A stretch of 63,061 bases of DNA, filler included, from Rhabdomonas costata (taxonomy: Eukaryota): the NCBI GenBank assembly GCA_019059605.1. It is 37 parts of 37 records of this genome, joined end to end, with 100 filler letters (N's around TTAATTAATTAA, not from the genome) between each part and the next. Parts side by side here need not be neighbours in the genome. Positions count along the whole stretch, not along the records: positions 47,817 to 49,414 come from JAHMHO010012103.1; positions 49,515 to 51,121 come from JAHMHO010012104.1; positions 51,222 to 52,828 come from JAHMHO010012105.1; positions 52,929 to 54,535 come from JAHMHO010012106.1; positions 54,636 to 56,242 come from JAHMHO010012107.1; positions 56,343 to 57,949 come from JAHMHO010012108.1; positions 58,050 to 59,651 come from JAHMHO010012109.1; positions 59,752 to 61,355 come from JAHMHO010012110.1; 29 more parts are not named here. One strand, given 5' to 3'. Under the pieces are notes generated by a model, which worked only from the letters and a program-made list of their open reading frames with translations, searched no databases and was not told the DNA's origin. Shown piece after piece: positions 48,201 through 60,757 of this stretch. Made by a program: the position numbers and the translations under genes. Numbering within the stretch: position 1 is the stretch's first letter; every line of letters begins with the position of its first letter.

Positions 48201-51200
48201 TGGGCACACCACTTTCTCGGTAAGTACTTCCTTTCTAACCTCTACATAGAGAAATGTCAGCGGTGCCCATTCCACAGTTTCCAGAGGTATTGTTAACTTA
48301 AGTGCAAATTTATTCAAAATGGTGACACTTCAAACCTTAGCATCCACAGTTTCGGCGAGTTTTGTAATGTTTTTTGCCACTACACATCCACAATTTAATG
48401 CAACGCGTACGTCTCCTCCAGAGAGGAGGGTGACTCCAGAGTAATGTTGGCGTTCAGATGTCGAGGATATGTGTGAAGAGGAGGCCGAGGTTAGAGATCA
48501 CCTTCACCACCTAGAAGCGGTAGACCCGGAATTTCATCATTTCCCAGGAGTGTAGACGTCTCAACGCCTCGAAACCCAATCCCACTTCCACAGGGAGAAG
48601 GCAGCAGTCACCTTTTCCGAGTTCAATTTTGGAGAACTCGAAGACGTATGTATTGCGGAATTACGAGCCACTTCATAGGGATTGTGAATTGGATAAGACT
48701 GAGTTGATCCAGAGAATTGTGTCAAATGGGTCAGTTGGAGAATTTCAGAAGAGTTTAGATCAGTCACACTAGTGGTGGCATGAGGCAGGGCCCACTTTGT
48801 CCACAGTCAGGACCACAGCCAGAGCAATTGTTGTGCAGAGATCTCCATGCAAAGTCCCGATAAGAATTTTGCATATAGCAGTTGATCAGGTAGAGCAAAT
48901 CCTAATCCCCATCCACTCAGAGTGACACTGGAGTCATACACAGAGATGAAACAGAGTTACAATCTAGAGGCAAGCGTGTAACAAGTTGTGAAGAAGTGTG
49001 TGTGGCAAAGGGGGCAGAGCCTCAGACCAGTTTCCGCAAAAACAGAAAGCGAGCGGGCTTAATGATACTGACGTCCGATGCAGAGAGGAGCGGTTCCTTA
49101 CTGATTCAGAAATCTCAGAGGAGTAACAAGAAAGATCAAGAATCGGTTCAGAGCAGACGAAAATTGCGTGAACTGTTGTGCGGATAACTATTAACTAATG
49201 CTCAGTTAGAGGTTATGAGCCATCATCCACTTTCAGAGGTTTCCATAGATATCAAAGACCACAATTTGACGGTGTTGGTGCAGAAGGAGATATTTCCTTA
49301 AGAGTAAGATATAAACGGCATAACTTTCTCAGTGACACCTTTTCTAGGAGACACGGGCAAGGCTTCCTAACCCCCTGCGAGAAGAAATATCTTGTCCTAT
49401 GGGACACAACACAANNNNNNNNNNNNNNNNNNNNNNNNNNNNNNNNNNNNNNNNNNNNTTAATTAATTAANNNNNNNNNNNNNNNNNNNNNNNNNNNNNN
49501 NNNNNNNNNNNNNNAGAACCCCTGCACAATGCGTATTTCGGAAAGGCAGAGCCATTAACTTTCTTCAAAGAGGCCAAAATAACGCAGCTCACGAAGGTAG
49601 GAGGGTGCATGTGTGGTTACGATGGTTGCAATAGTAACTGTTGGGCTTACTTCTTTGAGTTGTCTCATATGTTGCACCCACAACGGAGAGAGGAGAAAAC
49701 AAGCCGAAACTTGTGGAAATAGTCAACGGGGAATCAACAAAATCGGCTACAACAACACTGGTTAGAGCGGTTGTCGGGTTCTGGCCATCCTAAACACCGA
49801 GAAGATCCACAAAACCGACCTGAACTTAATGAAAGTTTAATTCGCCATCAAAGCTAACCGAATTTATCCAGTTGGTTCGACTGTTACGGCAGCCAAATGC
49901 ACAAAAGCAGCCCACAATCTCAACCTCTTTCGAAAGGGGCAGTTTTTCTTATTGCCTCGCGCGGTCCTCGCTTGCACCACACCTGAGGCCACCTCGGATA
50001 ATCCCTCCGCCTCGGCAAGTTCCCGCAGCGCAGAGAGGAGGGAAGTGCAGCAGCCCTCGGACAGCCGCAGCTCTCGGGAACCTGAAAAAGCCACGAAAAA
50101 GAAGAAGCCCCAGTCAAAGCATCAGAAGGAATAAAACCACGGACATGGGACCAATGTCCAAAGCAAAGTAATAATATAGGTGGGTCATTGAGAACCTGAA
50201 CCATGGCGACCTGAACCGTTTAACTGACAAGCCGTTTCTCCGTTGATATAGTGTCGAGCCAAAGAATTAGCTTCAACACCCCCCCACTCCAATGGATCCC
50301 GTGTGTCTGGAAAATACAAGGGGGACAAGGCATCCTCAACAATGCACCTGGCTGAGAAGCAAAGCACTTGCTCATAATCCTACAGATTTTCTCGTGCACT
50401 GGAGATGCATACGTATGTCTTCACAAACCTTCTGCTCGACGGCTGTCCTTTTCCAGCAAAACGCGGGCGCATCGCAGCAGGGTGGCCCCAAAGAGCTGGA
50501 GTTGCTGAGCTGCCTCCGTATTAGACACCCGGGACTGCACAGAGCTCACCAGCACCTCTGTTAAACGGAGGAGACACCACAAACATACCGTAAGTCCAAG
50601 GAGGATTTTTGTTACAGTTTTTCAGAGCCCCCGCCCTACTTGCACTGTACCTGTTCAAGTAGGGCGTTGCTTGAGGCTTTGTATGTCGGGGACCAAATCT
50701 AAAACCTGTCCGCACTTGTACCGTCATTTCGTATGTTCAAACCATCCAAAACCAGTGCCAGACCAAAAACCTCGCTATGGAACATGTGCATCCCCGACCT
50801 GTTTTGACTTCAACATGTCTTTGGAGATCCTCCGCCACCCTCCCAATACGAGAACAAAGGGAACGCAGGCATAACTCGTGAGACAACTTCACCTCTCCGA
50901 AATGATCGCGTCATGATGTCGCGAAACTATCCACATAGGGGTTGACCTCAAGGCAAGGGACAAACGTGCCGGCTTGGACACTGAGTAAGAGCGTTATCGG
51001 TAGGTGAAGACCCATGAAGTGAGTACCATTGCTTGCGACAAAACGTGGGATGCGAGTGATGTTTCGGCTACGAAAAAGTTCTGCGCGTTGGAAAAGAGAA
51101 ACGATTGGTGTCACAAACAAANNNNNNNNNNNNNNNNNNNNNNNNNNNNNNNNNNNNNNNNNNNNTTAATTAATTAANNNNNNNNNNNNNNNNNNNNNNN

Positions 51201-51640
51201 NNNNNNNNNNNNNNNNNNNNNTCGGGTTGGGTCACAAGGAATCCTCCTCTGCCCCTCCCCCTCCCCCGAAGACCTTGAGACCAGGACCGCCGTGATGACG
51301 TTCAGATCCCCTGGACTGAATAAGACTTCGGCATGGTCTCCATGCTTGTGCTAAATTCAATGCCGTTTCGTCGCGATGAACTTTCACGTTTTCGGGCTGA
51401 ACACCTTCCCAGGAGTCACGGGCGCTACGGGCGAAACTGTGTGAGACCTTCGGAAAAAAGAGAGGGTCCTCTCTTGGCAAAGTAGGCTGCTGTGCGCGTA
51501 TCCTTCACGCTTATGTGTGTTTTTTACTCTTGGCAATTTACCATCCTTTTCCAGCCGACGATGAAAAAAGGTTGACAGCGAGTCCGGCGACCCTTGAAGT
51601 GGACGGAGGTATTTAGTATGCTCAGCCCCGCGCACTCCAG

Positions 51641-51799
51641 GAGACGCCTGGGCACGGATCAATGTCTTCGAGGCACCACCACCGTCGCTCGATCCCCAAC
51701 GCTCTGGAGATGGGCTGACCAAACCCTGTCCGCGGCAGAGAACGGCAGAGACTTCAGCGCTCGGGAGAAGGGCCCTGACCTGGACGACGAGGAGATCAG
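51641..51799 (+). CDS. Probable exon, unknown protein
   Basis: CCAG acceptor, CAG|GTGGGT donor, GC-rich. The reading frame is ambiguous. Confidence 0.35.
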
Positions 51800-53918
51800 G
51801 TGGGTGAAGGTTTAATCCCCCCGCACTTTCCCTAATTTTCCTCATGCAATCATCAACACCATCATCGCAAATCACACAAGCAGGCGTCATTCACACCCGC
51901 CCACCAACTTGCACACACACACACACACGGAAGGCTCGGGGGTGTAGCTGCACGTCCTCCCTGACTCCATCCCACCCAACGGGTTCCATTGTTTACACCT
52001 CAGCACCACCTTCACCCGCCACCTTCTCCCATTCCCTCTCCTCTTGTCGGTTTCCAGGACACGCAGAAACAACAAAGAAATTATGGGTATTTAAGGCGCG
52101 TTCATCAACCTTGAATTAGAATCAAACAAAGTCTGGGTATGTCGAACGAAAGCAATACGTCAATGGATGACTGCGTAGAAGCTGTTTTCTCACGAAAAAG
52201 ATTCAAAAGACGTTACAGTTTGTTACCCCAATGGAAGGAACGCAAGAACCTGGGCTTTTGGCTGCTGCCCGGCTGCCTTGCCAGCCTGTGAGCAACGCAT
52301 GGCAGTTTGAAAGCGCTTGGGCAGATTAAGCGCGTGGGGAAGATTTGGCAGATGTGACAAACAGTTTCTCCCCACAGAAGCTGGCCACATCTCTCAGCAG
52401 ACATTCGGCCCTCCTCCCTCCCCCCGAAATCCCGAAAAGTGCGCCTGACAGGAATTGGAGGAGAACCTGTGCATCCTTCTTGGCCTGAATCGCGGCCCTC
52501 TGTGCTTCCTATGAGAGAAACACACGGTCCCTTTCCCCTTCAAAGAAGTACCACCATACAAGCTGAGGGGTCAGGATCCTTGCAGGCTTGAAGGCACTTG
52601 TGACTTCCAAAGTGATACGCAAGCAAGAGCCTAAAGGCGTCAGAAAACAAAGGAAACGGCAGCAGCCCATGTTTCTCAACGCTGCTCCAGATGAGAAATC
52701 GCTCTACTCTCTCGGGGCTCGGAAGGTGAGCCACGTGTTTGAAGGTCAAAAAACGTAGGCAACCTCACCTGTCATCCGCCAAAATAGAAGTGTGGCCCAC
52801 CCACAAAAGTGAAAAGCACCCCCCCCCGNNNNNNNNNNNNNNNNNNNNNNNNNNNNNNNNNNNNNNNNNNNNTTAATTAATTAANNNNNNNNNNNNNNNN
52901 NNNNNNNNNNNNNNNNNNNNNNNNNNNNAAAATTCCTGGCCAATTTAGGTTGCGATGGTCGAAGCATTGAAAGAGACAGTTTTCTTTTTTCTGTGATTGC
53001 TTTCACACCGCCCCAGAAAAAGCAGAACAACAGCAAAGCTTCGACAGGGTACAAACTGTCAGGAGCGGTGGAATGAACGAAAGATGGTCCGGTCTTCTGC
53101 TTTGCTCACTGTCCTCCCCGGAAGGGGGAGAAAAGGAAAGGTGCACAGTTGCGCTTGCAACGAGGCGGAGGCGGGCCGGCAGAAAGGCGCTATGGGCTAT
53201 GGGCGGCCAAGTTTCTGCAGCTCAGCCGCGCTGCTCGGAAAGCTCGAGCATCGGGCAAAAGGAGGAAAAGCACAGTTAAAAGAAACCAACAACCATGGGA
53301 ATCTGATTTGTGGGAGAGGATTGCGGTGGTGGGGTTGGGGGTGGTCCTGTGAGTACAGCACTGCAAAGCCACCAGAAGCTACGAGAAGCTACGAGAGTAG
53401 CACCCACCTGCGGCAGCAGGGCCAGCGTTTCAGCTGGGGAGCAGGACTCGAAATGAAACGGGGTAACCATTCCACCATTCAAAATGCAAGCAGCAGGCGA
53501 CAAAACAAAATGCGTGCGAGAATGCCTGAGGTGTGCTCAGCATCTCCTCGAGGAGCAGGTGCCCACATAGCGTGGCAGTTCCGAGCTGCTGGAGCCTCAT
53601 CACGTCCGAAAGACCCTATAAGCAAAGAAATCCATGCATCTGACACTTTCACGTCAAGGCCAAGAGGTTTCCTGTGGAATTCGCATGCTGAAATGAGGCG
53701 CAGGGATGAGGGGCCGCGTCTGTGGCAGGATTGCGGGTGCGGAAGCAGAGTACCAAGACCTTGTTAGAATCCAGAAGAGGGACCGACGGTTCGAGAAGGT
53801 TGCACAACACCGTGACCAGTGTGTGTGCCAATCGTCAGGACGGTCGGACTTTTACGGGACAGTTGGAGGAAAAAAGCGCCCTCCCAAGTGACGGATTTCC
53901 TCCCCTACAAACCCGCAC

Positions 53919-54065
53919 CTCCTGTGGGGAGACAGGGGCCCGCTGAGCCAACACGAGGGTCTGCAGCATTGTCATAAAGCCCAGCCGAGCAGATTCGGGA
54001 AGAGTCAGGCAAAGCTGTCGGAGCACTTTGGCGAAGTTCTCGCAGTTCTCCGGCTCCCGCACCGC
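53919..54065 (-). CDS. Exon of an unknown helical protein
   Basis: CAG|AVREPENCENFAKVLRQLCLTLPESARLGFMTMLQTLVLAQRAPVSPQE|GTGCG, 147 bp, phase 0. Confidence 0.55.
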
Positions 54066-56527
54066 CTGTGCATCGTTGCCACGGGTTGCGAGGGAGGGAG
54101 GCACTGGGTACCAGTGGTTAGAACTGGAGCGCAACAAACCTCCTCAAAGATAAACACAAAAACGGACAAGAAGGACAAAAAAAGGACAAAGGCGATTTCC
54201 GTTGCTGGCATTCCGTAAAACGTGAGGCCCTCCGATGCATGGCGAGGGTCCAGGGGCAACAACGAGAAAGAAAGACAACAGAGTCGTTTTTCCTTGACTT
54301 TCTTTGCAATTTCGTCAGAAGTGTGAGCAAATTGTAACCACCACACCGTTTAGGGCAGAGAATGGGGTGGGCAAAGCAAAGACGCACTTCCAACGGACCT
54401 GGGAAAACAAATGCATCAGCACTCGTGAAGGCAGGGTGTGCGGGTGCATTGTGATGCTGAGCAGCTCAGCCAGCTCCCAGCCAAGCCGCTGAAACCTGTG
54501 AGAGACCAGAGATCCGCATCTGATTATACCACAACNNNNNNNNNNNNNNNNNNNNNNNNNNNNNNNNNNNNNNNNNNNNTTAATTAATTAANNNNNNNNN
54601 NNNNNNNNNNNNNNNNNNNNNNNNNNNNNNNNNNNTTGTGGGGGGTAAGTATGTGTCACAAACCAATACGTTTCCTACAGTTCTTTCTCTTACCACTGTT
54701 CTGGGGGTTCTTCCAGGTGGGCCTATCTCCATGCCGAGAAATGGCCCTTTTAAGGGCATTTCGACTTTGAAAATTTTTCAAGGGCCTGGGGTGCACTTTT
54801 TGGCCCTTTGCAGGCCTGTATACTGAGCCTGAGCTTTCGGCCGGGCCTGCTTAGCATGCCTAAGAGCCCAGGTGTACTTTTTTCTTTAATCATTTTCTTT
54901 AATCATCGCACATGTTCATGCAAGTCAACCCACATTTCGACCTGAGAAAAATGAACTTTCTATCTCAAAGAAAGGGCGAACCCACCGAAGATCCGAGAGA
55001 AAGGGCCCCATCTGCCCAAAAACGTCCACACCAACTGTGAACCAGATTTTCAGTGCTTCCCCAAGCAGGCCCGTGTGAGGTCGCCTTCGCCGGAGCTCTG
55101 GAGCAGCGAAAAAAAAAGGAAAATGAAAGTGCGTTGCAGCAAATTCCTTCGACGACCAACGGCGGAACCAGCCGGCGGTTAAGGTTAAGAACACCGCTGG
55201 ACTGCAGTGCGCACGTGTGTTGTTTCAGTTATAAGGAAGACTGACACCAGCAGACCAAACGCAGAGGAGAAAAATGGCCACAGTTCGGGGAAAGGCGGAC
55301 GGAAAAAGCAGACCCGGGAATCGCGTGGGTCGGAGTGGAAGGCTTCGGTGCGGTACTTGACACATCCCCACCGCCCATGCTCTGCAACAGAGATTTGAAC
55401 AAACGTCAACGTTCAATGTGATCCCCAAAAAATTCAATGTCACCGTGTTCAAAGTTCAATGGTTTTCTCTTCAGACATATATATAAGAGTTGAGTATTCA
55501 ATTTAATATCAGCTGAAAGTTCCGAAACTCCACAAAACTTTAAAGTTCAGAGGACAACTCAAAGTTCATCCGAGAAAATGAGACCCTGTCTGCAAAAGGA
55601 AAAGGAGCAAAGGAAAAAGAAGGGACACTGAGTCATCGCGACCAGCACCACAGAAGCCACGGCGCATGAAAGGTGGTGTGAGGGGTGGGGGTTTGGGGTG
55701 TGGTGGAGTGTGGGGAGTGACGGGAGACCTGCTCAGTTGCCCCGCATGAGTCCAGGGTCGGCAGAATCAATTCGGGCTCCTTGCTAGGGACAGGGTGCGA
55801 GGAATGCTGCGGCACGTCCCACGCAAATACCCAATATCCAATTCCATTGACCCACCGTGCCCGGAGACGAAAACTTTGCACAATTTTGCACTGCTTCTGA
55901 GGTGCGCAATGTGAGTGTCACGACGGTAACGATATCTCTGACAGAGTCATTGCAATGAGAACACAAGAAAGAAGAGGACACACCAGCACACACCTCCAAG
56001 TTGGTTCCCTTGTCAGCTGAGACCGTTGGGAGGTGCTCAGTTACTGAAAAATGAACAAAAGAGTTCAAGAGGGGGAGAGGAAGTTGAAGTCATGCTTCAC
56101 TCCGAACACCGGAAAATCTTCAAGCCAACCATACCAACCAGACGCGCGGAAACGTGCTGAGTTCGCTTCGCCCGAAAACCGCATGCTCTTACACGGTGCA
56201 GTGTGAGTCAAACTGAAGCCTCAAAGAGATTAAAACAACACANNNNNNNNNNNNNNNNNNNNNNNNNNNNNNNNNNNNNNNNNNNNTTAATTAATTAANN
56301 NNNNNNNNNNNNNNNNNNNNNNNNNNNNNNNNNNNNNNNNNNTTGTTGTGCCCTCCGCATCCTTATCTTCCTTTCTGTGGTGGCTGCTTTTTCGACTCTC
56401 TCCAATGTGCGTGCGTTCTCGAGAATAAAAGGGCAAAGACGTCCTCAAACACAAAAACCGGAAAAAAAATACATCACACTCAGTACTTGTGGTATCTGTT
56501 CAGTCTGGCTGTGCATTGTGCCTACAG

Positions 56528-56821
56528 GAGAGCAGCAATTGTCCGACGACGTCAGCCTGCTGCTTCTTTTCCTTCTTCTGTGAAAGAGGTAACTCCTGGA
56601 AGCTCGGCTGCTTCACTGGCACCTCAGGAACAGGTAAGTTACAACCGTGCCTGGATTTCGTGCCGTCTTCATCACTTCCCCAGGCGGAGGCATGCACTAA
56701 GAAGGAAGGCTATCCATTTTTGTGCCCGGAATTTGGTGGAAAACTCGATGTATTGGGTGAACATAAATCTGACACCCCCATCCGTCGTCGTCGTAAAGAA
56801 ACATCTGACATCTGTAAATGT
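56528..56821 (+). CDS. Two probable exons split by a 50-nt GT-AG intron (56634-56683), unknown protein
   Basis: CAG|GTAAGT...CTTCCCCAG|G joins in phase (…LAPQEQ-AEACTKKEG…). Confidence 0.4.
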
Positions 56822-57466
56822 GTAAGGTGCTATTCTTTGAGTTTGTCACACCACCGGTGACACTCCCGGGTACACTCCCGTCTCGAAATCCGATGGTTCT
56901 GAAAGAGACTTTCGGTTTTGTTATTGTTGCAGCCTGAGTCCCACGATCCCCACACATCGGCTGGAGGTTCTTCACCGCCGAATACGATATCAGACCACAC
57001 GTGTGTGCCTGCGAGCTGTAGTTGGCTGTTTTGCTTTTTTTATTGGGTTGACGCGAGCTGCGGTTCGAACAAAGTCAAAGGGTTGGGTGTCGGGTGTGAT
57101 CAAGTGGTTAAACCACGCTTGATGACTGAGTGCAGCGCTCACGGGGAGCATTATCCTATCCTTTTCTGCTTTTCTGGTCGTAGGGTGTCTGAATATTACA
57201 ATGGTTGTGGTTATTTTTTTGGTTGTTTTGGTTATTTTGTCCATGCACACATGCCCAAGCTACTGGTGTGGGTTGCGTTTTCATTCACATTGACTCTGGT
57301 CTGCCGTCTCACAAAAAACTGAGCATCGGTCCCGGATGACGTCCAATTTGACCAGTTTCAGCTGCTTTGCTTCTTCGCCTCACTCAGCCCTCCAGCCTTT
57401 CCTCGAGACTTTTCTGTCAATGCGCTGCTCCGCGAGGCTCAGGGAAGTGCACCAGCGCAGGTCACA

Positions 57467-57907
57467 GTGGCCGTGCTCCGAAGCCGGCGATTCCTTCCTG
57501 GCGAATGGACCAAGCACGGGAATCTCCTTCAGGCCCTGGAGTCCCTAAGCGCTGAGACGATCGCGGCTTACCCGGTGGCCGCCATTCTGGGGGAGCTTTG
57601 GAGAGGCAGCGCAGACCCCGCGGCATGCTTGGCCAGGCTGCGAGCGCAGGCCCACATTGGCAGTTCGGGTGACGTCACGGCGCAGTGGGTGTTGGGGTAC
57701 TGCCTGGAATTCGGCACAGAGTTTGCTGCCGGTCTTTCTGAGGACAAGACAGAAGCTCTGATGTGGTACAGAAGTGCGGCAGACCAGGGCCACGCGGATG
57801 GGCACTGCACCCTGGAGTGGTGTTACGAGAGAGGTTTAGGGGTGGCCAAGGACCCTGCCCGTGCCGTGGAGCTTTACTGGAAATCCGCAGAACAAGGCCA
57901 CGCGGGT
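57467..57907 (+). CDS. Sel1-like repeat protein, partial
   Basis: AQWVLGYCLEFG...DKTEALMWYRSAADQGHA and CYERGLGVAKDPARAVELYWKSAEQGHA. The last 42 bp of the contig are a fold-back. Confidence 0.88.
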
Positions 57908-58139
57908 GGGCAGGGTCCTTGGCCACCCCTAAACCTCTCTCGTAACACCNNNNNNNNNNNNNNNNNNNNNNNNNNNNNNNNNNNNNNNNNNNNTTAATTA
58001 ATTAANNNNNNNNNNNNNNNNNNNNNNNNNNNNNNNNNNNNNNNNNNNNGTTTTTGGGTCTGGTAACGCTGTCCCCGTGACATGTTGTTGGTGAGGTGCC
58101 AACAGCGAACAAGGAGCTGAGGGAAGGGGTGGTGTACCA

Positions 58140-59043
58140 CTTTGCCCAAGTGCTGGGAGGCCAGAGCAGATCCTGCGGGCTCGCGACGGACCCTGGTCTT
58201 CAGCTCGTGCTCCGCGAGCTCCATGGGGTCCGTCGAGACCGACCGGAACCCTGGAGAGGAGCTGCCAACGGTGCTCGGCCGACGGGGGGCCTTCGCCGCA
58301 CTGCGCGGCGTGGTCTGCGGATGTGCCGCGGAGACGGCTCCGGAGATCTTCTCAGCGGCCTTGCTCTGAAGAACGAACCACACAAAGCGCAAGACATCAT
58401 CACGCTGATCCGAGGAAAATGAGAGCCGAGTGAAAGACAGGGTTGGTTTTGAAGGGGGACGTGCGCAAACTTTCAGCATGGTACCCAATATGCCTTCAAG
58501 CACATGTCGGGAAATTGGTTCGTTGTTGTTCACGGGACGACATACGATACCCTCAGCCGACACAAGTCAGGGCTGCATTCGAAGAGCATGGCGTCCGACA
58601 TTCCCATGCCAAAATCATACGGAAAGAGCGAAACCCCTCCCCAACGGAGGCTAGCACACCAGAAAGCCCATCATTTGAGCCTGCACCGAGGACGTCACCG
58701 AGGACGTCACCGAGGAGCTCCTGCCAAGCTGCTCGGGAGGTTTCGCCGTCTCTGCCCCCCGGGCGCTCTCTGCGGTGACCAACGACCCCGAGGCAAACGA
58801 AGAAGTGGAGGAGTTTGCTAGACTGGGAGCTCCAGGGACGGCCAGGGCGCGGGGATCGGCTTCCCGGGCAGAGTTGGGGGAGTTGCCCTTGGAAGCACCA
58901 GAGCGGTGGGAGGGTGGCACCGGGGCAGTGCCCTCGGAGGAGAGGCTTGGGGTGGGCTGCCGTAGCCTGTCCAGCTCTCCAGAAACCAGCCTTTGGAGGT
59001 TGCTGGCCTCCGCCTTCAGCTTCTTCCCCAGGCCAGAGAGCAT
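58140..59043 (-). CDS. Multi-exon hypothetical Ser-rich protein, N-terminal part
   Basis: ATG at 59043 after a pyrimidine tract (MLSGLGKKLKAEASNLQRLV...). Downstream GC3-rich frames with an in-frame GT...CAG intron near 58408-58473. Confidence 0.5.
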
Positions 59044-59800
59044 TTCAGGGCGATGGAGAAAAGCCGCAAGCGACGGAGAAAGCGAGAACGATGAAATGAG
59101 AAAGCGAACAGAAGAGAGATGACAACAGTTGAGAGTGGCTGAGGCAGAGAGAAAAGTTTCCGTCCGGTGGGCCCACTCCATACATACATCGCAGCTTTCT
59201 GACGGGATCTGCGCGGTGGTGCGATGGGTATGTAGGCGAAAGCCGTGATTAAATAGCAAGCGTTATGAACGTAAGACATTATCGCTGCGCTAGTTTCCAA
59301 AAACCGGAAAGCATGGTAAAATCCAGAGCTGCGACCATGTTGGACGATTTGCACAATAAAAAGCGAACGGCGAGGTTTTCAAGGCCTGCGGATTTGCCCC
59401 CTCTAGGGAGGTGGTCACGGAAGTGCAATTTCAAACGAGTAAATAAATTTCAATATATCACCTGAAGAGTCCTGGAGGATTGACCGGATGCCTGACTTGC
59501 GGACTTACTTTTGAGGTCTTTCTCAGAGGATCGCAGGAAGACGCATTCACAGAACATCAACACTCGCACGTTGCCGTCCACAGATATGCACAAGCCGCAT
59601 GCACCACACTACTTACGGGGGAATCATATGTCCCCACGTATACACAACCACNNNNNNNNNNNNNNNNNNNNNNNNNNNNNNNNNNNNNNNNNNNNTTAAT
59701 TAATTAANNNNNNNNNNNNNNNNNNNNNNNNNNNNNNNNNNNNNNNNNNNNCTCTCAATGATATGTACACAACCATTATGAAAGAGTTTGATTTTTTTTC

Positions 59801-59943
59801 TGTGGTGGTTGCTCTTTCGTCTCACTCAAGCGTGCACGCCAGGCGACAAAAAAGAGCAAGAGGGAACGTCATCAGTGAAACAAACGTGCATATGACAGCA
59901 ATGTGACAAAGCATCACTTATGGCCGCTTTCTGTCCCCGGTTC
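59801..59943 (+). repeat. Dispersed structured repeat, 3'-truncated copy upstream of a gene's 5' acceptor
   Basis: TGTGGTGGTTGCTCTTTCGTCTCAC...AAAGAGCAA.AGGGAACGTC...TTTCTGTCCCCGGTTC. Confidence 0.8.
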
Positions 59944-59971
59944 GTTTATGTTAGCTTTTACACCAGTCAAC

Positions 59972-60757
59972 ATGGCCCTGCCTCTGGTTGATGCTCAAGT
60001 CTCGACAGCGGATTCCGATTCGCAGTCTTTGGTCACAGCCTCTGCACTTAATCCGTATCCCGCCGCACACTCTGATCGAGATGGTCTTCCTGCGGTGTTT
60101 CCTGAGTCCCCGCGTGCACCCGCACCCCCGCCATCGCCACCGCTTCTGGTCGTATTTGACCTTGACGAGACCTTGGTCCATACGTGCGAGGATCAGCGTC
60201 ATGAGGACTCCCTGTACATTCCGGGAGTTGGGTATGTTCACGTGCGGCCTGGGTGTTGGGCGCTGTTGGGCATCATCTGTGACCATCCAAAGAGGTTCGA
60301 GGTGGGTGTATGGACCGCTGCGGGTGAGGATTACGCTGCAGAAGTCACCCGACATCTTTTCCACTCGGATGGTGCCTCGTCTGTGCAGCTGAGGTTTCTC
60401 TTCCACTCGGAACAGTGTACGCGGGTTCCTCGCTCACCTGATGACATCCAAAGCTTGCAGGGATACTTTAAGGTCATCAAGTCACTCAGAAAGGTGAAGG
60501 CCAAACTCAAGGTTCCCATGGAGCGCATTTTGATTGTCGACGACACCGCCGAAACCGCGGAGCGGAATTGGGGAAACCTGATCAAGGTAGCGCCTTACAT
60601 CGCTCGTTCGACAGACTCCAGCGGCCACGAGTCCGACTCTTGGCTTCACGACCTGGGCCGCTATTTGCTCTCATTGGCGTCGCCAGAAGTTACCGATGTC
60701 CGAGTAATTAACAAGAGACACTGGAGGGATTCTCTGGTTGGATTGTCGCCAGTGTAG
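59972..60757 (+). CDS. FCP1/SCP-like (NIF) HAD-family phosphatase, intronless
   Basis: VFDLDETLVHT (DxDxT), VRPG, FEVGVWTAA...YA, ILIVDD...N.GNLIKV. ATG follows a TTTTACACCAG acceptor at 59966. Confidence 0.9.
   Translation: MALPLVDAQVSTADSDSQSLVTASALNPYPAAHSDRDGLPAVFPESPRAPAPPPSPPLLVVFDLDETLVHTCEDQRHEDSLYIPGVGYVHVRPGCWALLGIICDHPKRFEVGVWTAAGEDYAAEVTRHLFHSDGASSVQLRFLFHSEQCTRVPRSPDDIQSLQGYFKVIKSLRKVKAKLKVPMERILIVDDTAETAERNWGNLIKVAPYIARSTDSSGHESDSWLHDLGRYLLSLASPEVTDVRVINKRHWRDSLVGLSPV

Noticed and set aside
52997-53767. 256-aa ORF, and similarly the 265-aa ORF at 43432-44229
   Set aside because: No domain motifs and a composition typical of chance ORFs in GC-balanced intronic DNA.
54739-55570. 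Small hairpins (54739-54781) and recurring GTTCAA/AAAGTTC words (55410-55567)
   Set aside because: Short and without a second copy or defined ends; cannot be distinguished from chance or a decayed MITE.
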